Positions 1 through 13,700 of a stretch of DNA of 64,000 nucleotides are shown here, piece after piece. The DNA is from Orbicella franksi. Its lineage: Eukaryota. Below the pieces are notes generated by a model. That model had not been told where the DNA came from, made no database searches, and worked only from the letters and a program-made list of their open reading frames with translations. The stretch covers positions 7,750,001 to 7,814,000 of the forward strand of contig OZ116698.1 of assembly GCA_964199315.1 (NCBI GenBank). The letters are read 5' to 3'. A program made the translations under genes and the position numbers. Position 1 is the stretch's first letter. Every line of letters begins with the position of its first letter.

Positions 1-1270
1 TACTAAAATAATAATTATTTATTTCGTGATGAAACCTGATGAAAAACTATTTTTCATCAGGTTCTCACTGTTGTATTTTGCAATTTTTGAACTTTAAAAT
101 TGTGTCATGAAGACTCCGAAACGTTGTTGACTTTTATCATTAATTTTTACTTGCTTGTACAATGCAAAACCTTTGTTTATTAGGATTATCACATCAGGAA
201 CCAATTTATTTTACTTTATTTAGTAATAAAGATGAACTAACTAGTCAGAGGAAAATGTCTGACTTAATTGACTTTGATAATTGAAGAGGTAGAATAACAA
301 GCAGTCAGCTATCTGAGATCAGTAACAACTTGCATAAATGGCCAATCCACAAAGGGTCTTTTCAGTAGGAAATACAGAAATACTTTTGCAACAGTGTTTC
401 AGCCAGAAAATTTTACTTGAGGGTCAAAGTTGCCCCTGAAGATCTTTTTTAGGGGCCAATTTTTTAGGAAAGGGGCCAATAAACTGAAAGCTACAGAAGG
501 AAAAAATGCATCAGGGAACCACGGAAAATAAAGCAGTTTATTAGGATCTATGATAAAATTTAATAGTACGTACTTTTTGAAGGGTTTCTACTCAATGAAG
601 TTTCTTTTGAATCAGATACTAGTATGAAGGATCTGTGCATTACAAGAGAAGAATCCTTAGGCCTACATGACGTAGTCAATGATCAAGGGTCTGCAATGCA
701 TTATAGGGCAATTTCAAACTCGGTCAGCCATTTGGAAGTTTTCCGATATGAGAGAATCAATACAGCAAAGCAAAAGGACAGACTGACTTCTTTTCTGATG
801 TTGAATGTTTCAGAAACAAAGATCTTTCAATATGATTTTCTACATGGACATGTGTGACAAAATAACCGTTATTGATCATCAACACAGAGAAATGTAGTCG
901 CCATTATGCCGTACTATGGCAACTAAACCAGAATGTTTGGTCGCCAAGGATGAAATGCTTGTTGCATTGGCAACCATATTGATCACAATTTCCAGCACTG
1001 GGATGGCTTTTAAATTATTATGCCTGTGTTAAGCCTGCAGTCTTGTAAAAGGAAAGGGCCAAATTGGCCCTTTTTTCGTTTTTCTGGGGGCCATCTCTAA
1101 TTGTAACACGAGATTCCCGCAATGGTGCGCTCTGGCGGAAACACTGTGCAAATAAATGAAACTTGGTTGTAAAATTAATCCTAACTGGCAGGAGGTACAC
1201 TAGTTGGTCCTTATACAAGTGTGGTAGAAGAATTGAACTGAAGACTATCAAGAACAGCCCAACTATATTG

Positions 1271-1634
1271 TACAATAGGGCCATTTATACAAGGAAAATA
1301 AGCTATGGATTGTAGAAGACGAGGGTTTTGAGCTTGGCTTAAATAAGCCACAAATTTATTTGAGACACGAAACCACTCGTATAAATGGTATCGTGGCTTG
1401 TTTGCGGCTTACATAAGACGTGAACTCACACTGCGCAAGCGCAATTTTTCCCACACTTGTGTGACAGCTCATGCAATTCCACAATTGCTGTGACAACCAA
1501 CACAAAAGTGAGGCATTGGTCACGAATAAACCATGAACCATTTATACGAGCACTTTGGTCCAGTTTGCGTCTTATGTAAGCCATGGCTTGTGTAAGCTGA
1601 GGCCTATTTTTCTTGTATAAATGGCCCTATTGTA
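1271..1634. mobile_element. MITE with ~28 bp TIRs, possible TA target duplication
   Basis: TACAATAGGGCCATTTATACAAG(G/A)AAAATA at the left end and its reverse complement at the right end. Confidence 0.75.
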
Positions 1635-1798
1635 GTGGCCGTCAAAGTCAAGAGCTTAAACTAGTTCTGTACCACCAGATTTCAGGTCAAGTGGTCTGAC
1701 CACAGTGTCTCCACATCGTATGTACATTGATTAGCTGTTCCTTGAGCTCAGTTTACTGCCCAAGCTGGCCATGCACAAATGATACAGTAGGTACTTGC

Positions 1799-4700
1799 CT
1801 TGGATACTGAGGTGATGCAGAATTCGGACTCAGCGTGGAGTTGTTTGTTGTACAATTTGGTGGAGCTGCTCGCTTGAGTAATCTTGCCCATGTCGCAACA
1901 TTTGTGTTCATTTGACCTGCACGGAGGAAATTCTTGCCTAAAATGAAAGGAAACACAACATTAATTATGGTGGCATTATTCTGCAGCTGTACGAGTGTTG
2001 TAATAAAAGCAATTAAAAGAAATCACCCTGGCCAATCGCAAATTTCAAAGATAATCCAAGGAATCAATCAAAACTTGAAGCAAATTATACACTTGGCATA
2101 CACAAAGCATGGGAAAACATGTGCAAGTACTAAATCATGACTGTTTTTTGGCTTTATTTCTGATTAAATGAGAAAGAGGAACATGTTTTTTATAAGTCAA
2201 TTGCTTAATGTGATAGTGTTAAAACCAAGCAAATGCCCAAAGATTACTTTCAATAATCAAATGAAAAAAGCCCTATTTGCTGCAAAACCAATATTATTAG
2301 TCACATTAGTGCAGTACAGCCCTGCAGCATTGAACTCATGTTAGGGGAAAAACAATTCAGATGAGATTGAGGTAGCTGGAGTTTAAAATTGTCAATGATC
2401 AAGCTGCACTTTCACAGGTATGTAAACAATACTTAATAAACTGGCTAAGAGCAAGTTACACATTGCCTTACAAATGATAAAACAACAAATTATTTAGATG
2501 TTCAAGTGGAAACATTGACTCATATAGTGTCAATATAACATAACTACATTATAAGGGAATTTGGCCTTGTGATTGAGATTAGCAAAATAGTTCACAATCA
2601 GGAATCTGTAACACCACTAATGTTTCAAAACTATTTCACTGTTACATGAATTTTACTGTGCTTTAGAAAATAATTATTTTCTCAACATTTCACTGAATAG
2701 AACTGTCAGCAAAAGGTATAGAGATCACAATCTTATGGTTTGAATGCAACACGGCTGTATCTAATCCACATGTTTCAACAACATGTTAGAGTTCACAGTG
2801 TATTTATAATGTCAGAGTGGATAAATTAAAATCCAAGTTTTACTTGGAATTCACTCAACACAGAATGTACAAATCTGTGTGGAACAACAATTTTTTTTAA
2901 TTAACACATTATGACACTCCCAGCTAAATTAAATCTGCTGTAAGGTCTATAAAAAGGCAGACTACCAGCACTAGCACCAGAGAATTATCTTCAATATAAT
3001 CACAAACTCTCACCTTTTTGAATGTGAAATAGCTTCTTCTGCCGCTGTAGTCTCGGCTTTTTCGTCACCATGGGGTTGAGGAATGTTACCTGATTAACAC
3101 ATTTGAAAGGAAACACAAACATAGTACAGTTTAGAATCATTCTTGAGAAAAACGTAGGCTGTAGGTTAGCTCCATACAACTAGCCTTTGGTTTTTCCTTT
3201 GACAGATGAAATATTAATGCCTCTGAAACAACAGGTGGGAGAAGAACTGAAAACATTCTAGGTTTTCAATTACGCAAACAAAGCAACTTGTAGGGTGAAA
3301 TAACAGAATATTCAACACCTCCAAGGGCTTCAAGTTTACTTGATATAATAGCTAATCAAAGATAACAGAGATTTCTCTGATTGAAAAGACTGTCTGAAAT
3401 AACTTAATAACCTGCTTCACTTGACAAAGTACCAGTTAAAATAAATCAATTCACTGCTGAGGATGAATGTAACAAGAAATAAAATTATATTTTTAAATAG
3501 AAGCAGAAACAATCTTGCTTTAATTTTGCTAGCCTGATCTGTTGTGAACATTTGAAAAAAACAACAGACCAGCTCCCATCGCTTTAATTAACCAGAATTG
3601 AAAAACACCTGATATGACATTTGTTTTGGGAAGCAAAGCTTATTAACTGAAAGACATTGGTTATCCAGAATGGCATCATATACAAATCAAATGAAGAGAA
3701 AACTTGAAAAATATCAGGAAAAAAGTACACTTGTGCAGTGAAATGTTGTACTTTAATGTTCAGTATGTGGAGACATCCTGAAGATTTAAGAGCTTCATGC
3801 CAGCATTGTAATTTTCAACTGAAAGGAAAAGAACTTTATGTACAATTATGAACTGAGGGCTAAAAAAAACAATCAGATAAATTAGAGAGCGACTACATTT
3901 CACTTGAAGAAAAACCCAATACTGTAACAGGAAAAAGGACTTATAATTAATAAGAACTATTGAGGGAGAGGACTCTCTTCTACACTGTCAGCACACGAAT
4001 GCACAACATAACACAGACTGATTAAAATTTCTCAAGCATGTGTTCCTGTTTGCATGGTTAGTGATTAATAACATTCAAATACAATGCTGTTTCTTTGTTG
4101 TGGTTTTAGAATTTGTGATCAAATTGAGCATGACTTGGTTTGAGAAGAATTATGTCAGGTGCTATTGATCAATCTAAGTCCTCTTGCTGAGACATGGTGA
4201 ATCTTCAATGGGTAATTTAAGAATCAATGGTGGAGACTGAAACCATGCTATGACAGACAAAACGAAAAAAAAAACTTAACGCAGCAGAAACAGACTAAGA
4301 AGAAAGCAAGAACCTTACAATAATAATTTAATATCAAATGAAATATTTGCAAATGCTCCAGTGGTGAAATATGCTGCTCAAAACCCATTTGATAGGCAAT
4401 CATTAAAAAATCAGATTTAGCCAAACCTTGCTCAACATTATTTCTGAATAAATTAAATCTACTGCAAGCAACAGACCAAGATGTAAAATAGTAAACAATT
4501 AGCACCTTTTCATAAAGAAGGTAAGAAATTCTCTTTATCTTCCACACCATCACACGGTATCTCTTGATTGTAGGGATGCCAAATTGACCATTCCCTCTTT
4601 TAGTTCGCATGCAAAACTTGTCCGTAAATAAAGAAAACACAAATGTCCTTTGGGAAGCAGATGGTTTTTCAGGAATACAGCCATCAACTGTTTCTGGTGA

Positions 4701-7700
4701 CAATTTTTCCTGTTTTGATGCTCGAGCAGATTTCTTTCGACTAGAGCCTTGTTTCCGTTCCACAGGCTTGTAGTTTCTGTTTTTTCTAGGCTTCACATAA
4801 GCTGCATTTCTGTGTAATACGCGCCTTGGCTTCCTAGGTTTAACCGCATTGTAAGTTCTCTCACTACAGCTGCTGGTGATCGAAGTGGTCGTCTTTGAAC
4901 GCTGGTGTCCCCTCTCTGAAGAATCTGAACCTTTCCTCAAATATCTGTTAGATTCTCGACTCGGTGACCTATCCAGTACCACTAGGTTCTTGCCTAAAGA
5001 TGCTTGGCCTTTTGTATTTGTCACAATCTTCATTGGCAGCCGATTAGAAAGAGGGTTCTCCATAGCAGCACTTCGTGGTCTGTTTTGAGTTCTCGTTGCT
5101 GGCTTACTTTTTTCAGCAGACCCTACATCAATATCTCGTACAATTGCTTTAAAACGATGAGTGCTGTTTTCCAATATTGAACTTTTGGGGCGCTGAGCAG
5201 TTTTCACAGAAAGCATATTTTCACTTCTGGTCCTTGCTCTTGAATTAACATAATTTTCCATAGCAGAACTACGAGGGCGAGATTTAATATTTTTGCCCAC
5301 TATTTCTGCACTCTGGCTAATTTGGCTCCTTGATCTAAGCTTTGCCTGACTGTCACTTCCCGAGGTATGGCTGATTTGTTCGAGTGATGAAGTTTTACCT
5401 CCCTCGTTTGAAGGGGATTTTGTTCGAGTTCTATTTCTTGGTGAACCTGGTGATTTTCTTCCACTAGAAAAATATCCATCACATTTGCTCATAATTCTGT
5501 CACAAGATGCCCTTCTTGACCTATGTGTTGGGGAACCTTGTGAGGGAGATGTGCCTTGTGTTGATAATTTTTCTGGGCTTTTCACATAGATAGTATTGTC
5601 GTTTGGTGTGTACTTTCCTGTTCTAAATGGAGGTGGTGAACCAGACACAACTTTGTCTGAGCCTTCCTTAGATTTTGAAGACAGAGCAACTGGCCGATCA
5701 TTCTGTACAAACACACCACAGGAATACACATCATCTTTAGGGATATACTTTCCAGTGCGGAAAGGAGGCAATTTTTTGTCTTCAACAGAATATTTACCTG
5801 AGAATCCACCAGGTCTAAATGTTTTTTTGCTCATAATTTCTTGCTCATTACTATTCACACAGATGTTTTCTTTCCTTGAGGATTTCCATTCTGATTTAAC
5901 CAAGAATTTTTCATCCTTCCTTGATTTCACACCTCCATAATCATGTTTGGCTAATTCCTTGCTCCACTGCTCGTAGATCTTTTCAATCTTGCGGCTTGTG
6001 ATTCCAAGCCTGGTTTGATAATGGAAGCCATTTTGCTCTTTCCCCACGATATCTTGGCCATCTCGTCTGTAATTCATTGTTGAGCTAATCTGAATTTCAA
6101 TCAGCCTTAATTATTTTCCCCATACATGGCTTTCGGTTGGGTCTCTCATTCTCACCTTTCAAATTATTACTAAATAATGCATTTTAAGTGAAATAGTACA
6201 TTTGCTCACAAAGAGAACAAACAGGAAGCTTCTCAAATCCACCTTTCACTTCATGTGCCCGAGGCAAAATACAGTGGGATGAAAAACTTATCTGTTTTTG
6301 AGCTCTTGACAATCGCCAATGGCAGCCAAATCCCTGTTAATTTCACCTGCATAACCTAGGTGATCAAAAATCAGAATTCTTGACAAGTCCCAACACAATA
6401 ACAAAACTCTTCAGCCTTCTGTTGTAAAGCCGTAAATGCCAAAAACCTCATGAATAAACATCATAAAGAAGATCACAGCAGCTTTGGAGACAGGGGAGGC
6501 ATTTTGAATAATCTTCCTCCCTTTGATAAACCAATCAAGCCAGAAGACTTCACAGAGTATTCAGTTGGTTGCTTCTTAATTGCTTAGAAGTTTTTCATCG
6601 TGTAACCAGCCAATAACATCTTTTCACCTGCCGGAACCTGTCCTAGAATAAGGTTTCATTGGTTCCAATCAGGCAGAAAGAAAATAAACATTGAAACTAG
6701 AAAATCTGGCACCTGTCAAGTCTGAGAAGTATGTAAATTTAATTTTGGTTCCCCTTACAGATTACTAAAAGTGTTTACAATAGGCACCTTGTCAAAGGAG
6801 TGTTTTAGCACTGAGGGGCTATATATCTGAAGCAAAAACACAGAAAATGTGTGTGCCAAAACCAAACAGAAAAAATGTAAATTTGATTTTCTTTAAAACA
6901 AAAATAATTTCCATGTGTGTGGTATTTAAAACCAGCAGCTAAGGATTAGGTCTAGAGCTTGATATTAATCAACCTCTTTTAAAGAGATTACTTCTTTTTT
7001 TTACAACAGAAATATATTATTTCATAACACCTTGAACAAGGGGTCATGAAATTTATGCAAATCTGCATAGAAAAGACTTTGAATACAAACAGAAGTGTCA
7101 AAATGTTGAATTATAATGAGAGTGGAAAATAAAATGGCTGGAGTACTTCAGCACAGCATAATTACATATCAAGGAATTACAAGGAACTTGTAAAGCAAAG
7201 ATATCCATGGTGAATTTATTGCTACCAATTACACACCTTGTAGATCACATCACTTGTGAAGATAAAACAACAAATACTGTCAACAAAATTCATACAGCGA
7301 ACAAAAGCTGGTTTGAACAAAGGAAACCACTGGAGCATTGCAATTAAAAACTGTCCGCTGTATTGAACCAAAACATCCACGTGCAGGCTGAAGAGAAATT
7401 GAATCAGCTTTTTCTGAAATCCCAAACATAAGACCAGGACTGAATTAAAACTACCCTTAATATTTGTTGAAACTTGCTTTATAAGAAAGAAAAATACAGA
7501 GAAGTTTTGCAATGACTCAAAGCTGAAGGAAATTAATTATTGAGAAAAGTAATAGAAAATATGTAAATTATGCTGCAAGAGGCAAAGTGTGAATGTTGAA
7601 TGATATACGTATATGATATAAATGAACTCCCGGCAAAGAAAGCTTAAACATCAAATAATTTAGGAACCATTTACTGGGAAGGAAATTGAATTTGATATAA

Positions 7701-10700
7701 AACTGAAAATTTGATCACATAAACTCTTGACACAAGTACAGAAACAAAACCTAAATATTAAACAACTGCGAATTGGAAGCACACATCTGCCAACAACATC
7801 AACTGTCAAGACTTCAATTAAGACATCTGCATAACTTCAACTACTTTTAGTCTGAGAAATGATTTGAAATTATAGTACTTCTCAATCAATTATTTTTGTT
7901 TAATCCAACTTTTCAAAAAACCTTCAAGGCTTAATTTTTTAAATTTAAATATAGATCTATCATGTCTAAAATTATAAATCAAAAAATTAATTATTCAAAA
8001 GACCACAAAAGTGTATGTTATAAGGCCTTTAAAATAGCAGACATGTAATGTAAGAATTGGCAAAAAAGACTTCCAAAAGAAAAGAGAAAATGAACCTTAT
8101 CTTTCAATTTACTTCAGAATAAAAGTTAGGAAAGGCGATAAATTATGGTATACACTGTAACTGGAAAGACCAGTCCAAAGAATATTGTGAACCATCAACA
8201 CCTGTCTAGCACAGAGCTTATTTAAATATTATCGCATAAAAAGTTGCTACAAATATGACAAAACTAATACTGATTCAGTTGAACTCCTGAACATGGGAAC
8301 CATGCAAGATAACACAAAATCAAAAAGACTCCTTCCCTTAAAATCAGCAGATAGCAAAGACATCATGTATTATTGAGATGCTTAGAGTCAAGCTTTTTCA
8401 TCAAAAAACAAAATCTTGCCTACTAATAATTAGGTAAAACTACTGTGGTGAGAGAACATGTCTTAAATATATATTGAAGCACTACTTAATTTATATATCT
8501 GAAAAGGGCAGTACTACTGAAAGAATAGATTATTTTAGAACATTTGATTAACCACATTTTTTTTTTTTTTTTACTTAAACACTCTTTGAAAAGTTGCTAG
8601 GTCATAGGGTTTGACAATAATTTTGTTATTGCTGTGGTGGTGGTGTCATGCCATTTAATGACAAGAGCAAAGTACACGAATTTCAATTCCTGTTCCCTGG
8701 GTAAACTGACAACAAAAGTCACTTGTAATCTGGGGTTTCAAGTGATTACATGCCAAACAATTTTTCTAGTGAAAAAACAGTCAATGGCCAAAACTTTGCT
8801 GCACCTTTCTACTTGGACAGTAGTTCATGAGACCTTTGATTCACCAAAATGTTTATTTGCATAAGATGCTCCCTTTGAAACGTAACTTAAGGTATTAGGG
8901 TTTAACAAATTAAAAAACTTTTGCTGTTGTTGTTGTGGTGGTGGTGGTGGTGTCACGTTATTCAATGTGAGGAGCAACATTTCAAATGTCACTTTATGGT
9001 ACCAATCTCAATATCAGTGTCAAGAGCAGCATTTCATTTCAAATTCAGAAAAAACAAATATCAATGCGAAGTATAAAAATCATGCAAAATAAATGGCAAG
9101 GGGAAAAAACAAATTTAAAAAAAAGAAAAAAAAAAAACAGTGAGACTAACCTCAGCAAACAGGCAGCCCTGAGGTTCAAGAGGAACTTGAATTTGATGCC
9201 GCTGATTATCGAGAAACTCTTCTAGTCTGAGGAATGCTACTCCACAGAGGGAGCGGTGATCCCGCCAGTACACACCAACTTCAAGCTCTCTTGACTATAA
9301 CATACAAAGACAAGCAATTGTTATAAGACTGAAAATGCACGTAGTATTTACTGTAGTGTTACAGTTAAAACCCGCTATTTAACTCTTGAGGGAACCAAAA
9401 AATAGTTTGAAATGGAGTGGGTTAAAGAAATCCAGTAAATATTGTACAAGGTTCCAACAGAGTCAGGTGGCCTATTTTTGCATTCCACAGCCTCTCCAGA
9501 ATTTCCATTGACCTTCCTTGGGAGGGGGAGGAGGACAGATATTTCCTGAAACTTGGAACACATTAAGTCAAAGTGCACAAGAGTCTCAAGAGAAGCCAAG
9601 AGCACAAGAGAATTTCATATCAAGTAAAAACAAGGATTTCATTTCTAGTATAGTCTTGTTTTAGGTTTCACCAGGCTTTAATTCACTTTGTTTCTATTAG
9701 AATCATTGAAAGCGTTTTACCTTGTCAAGGTCAATATGAAACTGCTGACTCCAACAGTCTTTTCCTAAAGCCTTCCATGAACTTTGTCCCACATAGCAGT
9801 TATCCAGTTTAAGGACAGCGCAGACTTCAACTAAAATCACAGAAAACAAAGCAAAATATATGATGACTGCAGGAAGCAATTACAAAGTTATGCACTTGCA
9901 CTTTGTAATGCAAAGGAGGTGTCCACGGTAAGTAAAGGTTTATCTATATTTTCTACATTTACCTGATAAACTTTCATCCACGTTCCATTTATTGTAACCA
10001 CTCTTCCTTTTGCTGGATCCAGACCGATCTCCTAGCTTGCCATCAGGGCTTACCATTGCTAAACTGACAGTTTTCCTAGGATCTCTATTAGGAACCACTG
10101 CTAAGAGTCTATCAGCACCAACTATGTGGACCTGCAAAAAACACAAGCAGGATTCAGTCTAAATGTTTAAAGACTTACATCTCAAAGTTTTACTCTAAAA
10201 CCAGAAAATTCTACAGCAACTGGAATGTGCACAATAATAAAATTATGGCGCTCTGCTAATAGTGGTGGATCTCCCCCAGCCACTGTACCCAAGAAGATCA
10301 CAACTGGTGAGTTTACCATTAATTTGTAACCCCTCCCCCCACTTCCCCCTTAGAAAAAAAAAATTATAATAATAAAAATAACTCACAAAAACATACACTG
10401 TACAGAAAAGATATTAAAACTTTAAGCCTTGCATACTCAATGTTGTTCATACAGGGACAGATTTTGCCCTTTCCAACCCCTGCAAAAAGGGGTTTTATCA
10501 ACAGGTTTCCAAGATATCGTGGTAGAATGTACAGCGACCATCTTTTTGTGTGTAGTGCATTAAGCTGCGTAATGCTGCAACACAATACTGTACATGTACA
10601 CTGTAGTTAACCAAAATCAACATCTCGTAAAATGTTACATTTGTATCTGGACTATTACTGTCTTTTAGCAGCAAAAGCTATCCCACTAAGATAAGCAGTG

Positions 10701-13700
10701 TTTTTTGGCAAAACATTCATACTCTTAAAGATTTGACATTATGAACAAATGTAATTAGTAGCTTTAAGACAAAAAGGGAGGGCTCCCTTTGGTCTTGGAG
10801 ACTAGATTATGCTGCCTCTTAGTTCTTTCTCACTTCGTTTTAATGGCAAATGACAGATATTTAGCAGTTATTATAATTACATTTAAGACTAAACTCTACT
10901 CCAGTACTCCAGTAATAAATGCCTTTTGCATTACTTACGTACAACTCTCCAGTGAGTGCTGCTGGTTTAGTGATAGCTGTATATTGCTGTTTTCCTAATC
11001 CCACAGCCTTACGATCAGCATAAGATGGCGGTGTTGTTATATAGTCTTTGTAAATACCTACAGCAGCTTGTTCAGGAGATAGCTCTCCCATAAGTCTCGT
11101 AAGTGAACACTGAAGTAAATCTAGTTTTTGACTTGATTCATGAAATCTTCTCTCAGCCTGAAAAATCATAAAGTTTTTAGTACATACATGTAGTCATGTA
11201 AGTTAACATAGCAGAGGTGTTAGCTGTAATTTCTCCCTCTATATACTGTTCAGGCATTTAGCCAGATAGGTGTCCAGGCGACCTGTGGATGGCCACTTTT
11301 TAACAAAACTGTTTTATTATTCATATGTTGTCTTATAAATTGTTTGTTTGAGCAGACCCTATAGCACAATTTGGACACCCACTTTTCAAATCCTGGCTAA
11401 AAGCCTGGTACTTTACCTGCATGATTCAAACTGTGCCTAGCTCCTTCATCCTAAATTTCAACATGAGTAGGAAGATAATGTAAAACCTAACAGACTGGGC
11501 TACTTTCTCTGTAGCCTAATGTTTCTGTTACATGATCAATTTGGAAAATTTAGCTACCCACTCTCCTCTAAAATCTAACCAAACTGAATTACAATTTTCA
11601 TTGCACAGTCTGACTTCTGATTAATAAGGGAGTGGCAAGATTCTTAGTTAAACCTGTGATTTGACACCTCTGAGGGGTAGTACATTTGTGAGTGCTGGTT
11701 AAGTGTTATGGTTAGTGCTGTACACTATGTGTGTACCACAAAGTAGGTGAGGCCTGCTGACAGTATTATGGCTGCACACTGAAGTGTGAGGGTTGATAAA
11801 AAAACTTTCCAGAATCCTGAGATTACTACTGACATTTTTGGCACTGAAGAAAGTAAAAGAACACCAAGTTCTGTTCTATCACTGACTGAGATACAATAAT
11901 GTCATTATTAAAAGCGCCTCCTCAGCTCTTCAATAAGCATACATAATTATCACCATCCACCCTTGAGGCTTTTTACGATAACACTCTGTCCCTAACAATG
12001 TCCTATCACTACATCCTCTCCTGGGTCTCAAAGTTAACCCAGTGCCCTAGGCTGGGTTGTTTGAAACACAACACCTCACCGAGAAGTTACCAAACTGAAA
12101 TCAAAATTCTCGTTAATCCTGGGTTAGCTTAATCAGGCTTTGAACAACCCAGCCCTGGTCTCCTGTGGTCCAAAGAGTCCTGGACATTTAAGAGAAGTTC
12201 AGAAAGACCCTGCATATAAAGCTAGAGTTGCTTTCATCTACACTTTGACTATGTTATCTGTAACCAATTTCCCAAATAACTATGTACATTCCACAAATTC
12301 ACATTCGACTCACTACATCTGTTATTGTATACATTATGGCAAGAAATTAACAAGCTGTCTATGTGACATTTTATAATATGGTTGAAGGCAGCTTGTCAAT
12401 TTCTTGCACCTAAGGAATGTTAAACACTTACCTCTACTAAGCCTTTCTTATCATGACCAGATTTTTGCAAAAACTTGATCATGTTTTTTGCACCCTGAAT
12501 TACTCTAGATTCGATTTCAATGTGATGCCGTACATCTTCTATTCTAAGTTCTAAAGGTGAAAGTCCTAATCCTGGTGCAGCGTTCTCTTTACCACTAGCA
12601 CTACCAGATAACACACCATCTTCCCTTCCTGACGACACACCCTGCTGCTGTTCTCGCAGCAGTGCCATTCGTATAATTTCAATCTTTGTTTTAGAGTCCT
12701 CCAGCATTTGCTGAGCTTCCGCAATGAGTTTACTGTCTTTTTTCTTTGATCCAGCAGCATTGTACATTGCTAACATGTTTTCTGCCCCTTGTTTGACTTT
12801 CATTTCCACAGCAATTTGTTTCTTCAAGGACTCAATTTTACTGCTCCCATCTGGTTCATTTTGCTGGCCATCTGTCTTGTCTGGTGACAAGGCATTATCA
12901 TATTCAGCTGTAAGACAAAAGACAAAGTATAAAAATTTGTGCTCTATGGATGCCCCCCACTTACATGAATTGTGCTATAAGCCTGCGATTACTTCATTTA
13001 CATACAGATGCTTCTGTGCAATAGTTTTCAACACAGAGCTTTACACAGTTGGATGATTTTTTTCTTAGATTGTTTTTTTCAAAACAGGTTTTCTTTTATT
13101 AATAAAAGGAAAACAAATATCTTAAATATACAGTTCATTTTTTTACTTTTTGAAAGTAGGAAGTTACTTTTATAAATTAATAACCAGAATGATATAATTT
13201 AGTATATAAAGATAAACTGAAGTGAGAGTCAAATATGAGCATTAGCAAAACTGAAACTGGGGAGATCCATCCAAGCCTTGAGGAGTTACCAATATTAATG
13301 CCCATCCACAAACAAGTGATTGATTATTACTGTTAGACTAATACTCTTGACAAATAATTATTAGCTGAGACTACAGGTGCAATAGCCGGATTTTTCTGTG
13401 AGCAAGTAGTATAGAAGGCACAGTCAGTTGACTAGTACTTACAGAAAAAAGGTTAGAGTAACTAGTTTAATTATTTTAAATAGACATGTAAATGATTGGA
13501 GTTCCAATCCACATATTGTACTCATTTTGAAGCCAAGAGTTGAAATTAATTTTTCCTTAACAGTAATGTTACATTCCTAGCCTGCAATCATATTCTTATG
13601 GCAAATAGACAACAACACAAGAAACAATCACACTCACATAATTCCAACATAAAATTGTCAGTATCTATGCGAGTAACTGTTCCTACCATGTACAATGTAA

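Noticed and set aside
1753-1800. GC-AG intron after the last visible PKN exon (AG|GCAAGT)
   Set aside because: Good consensus, but the next exon is not in the window, so phase cannot be tested.
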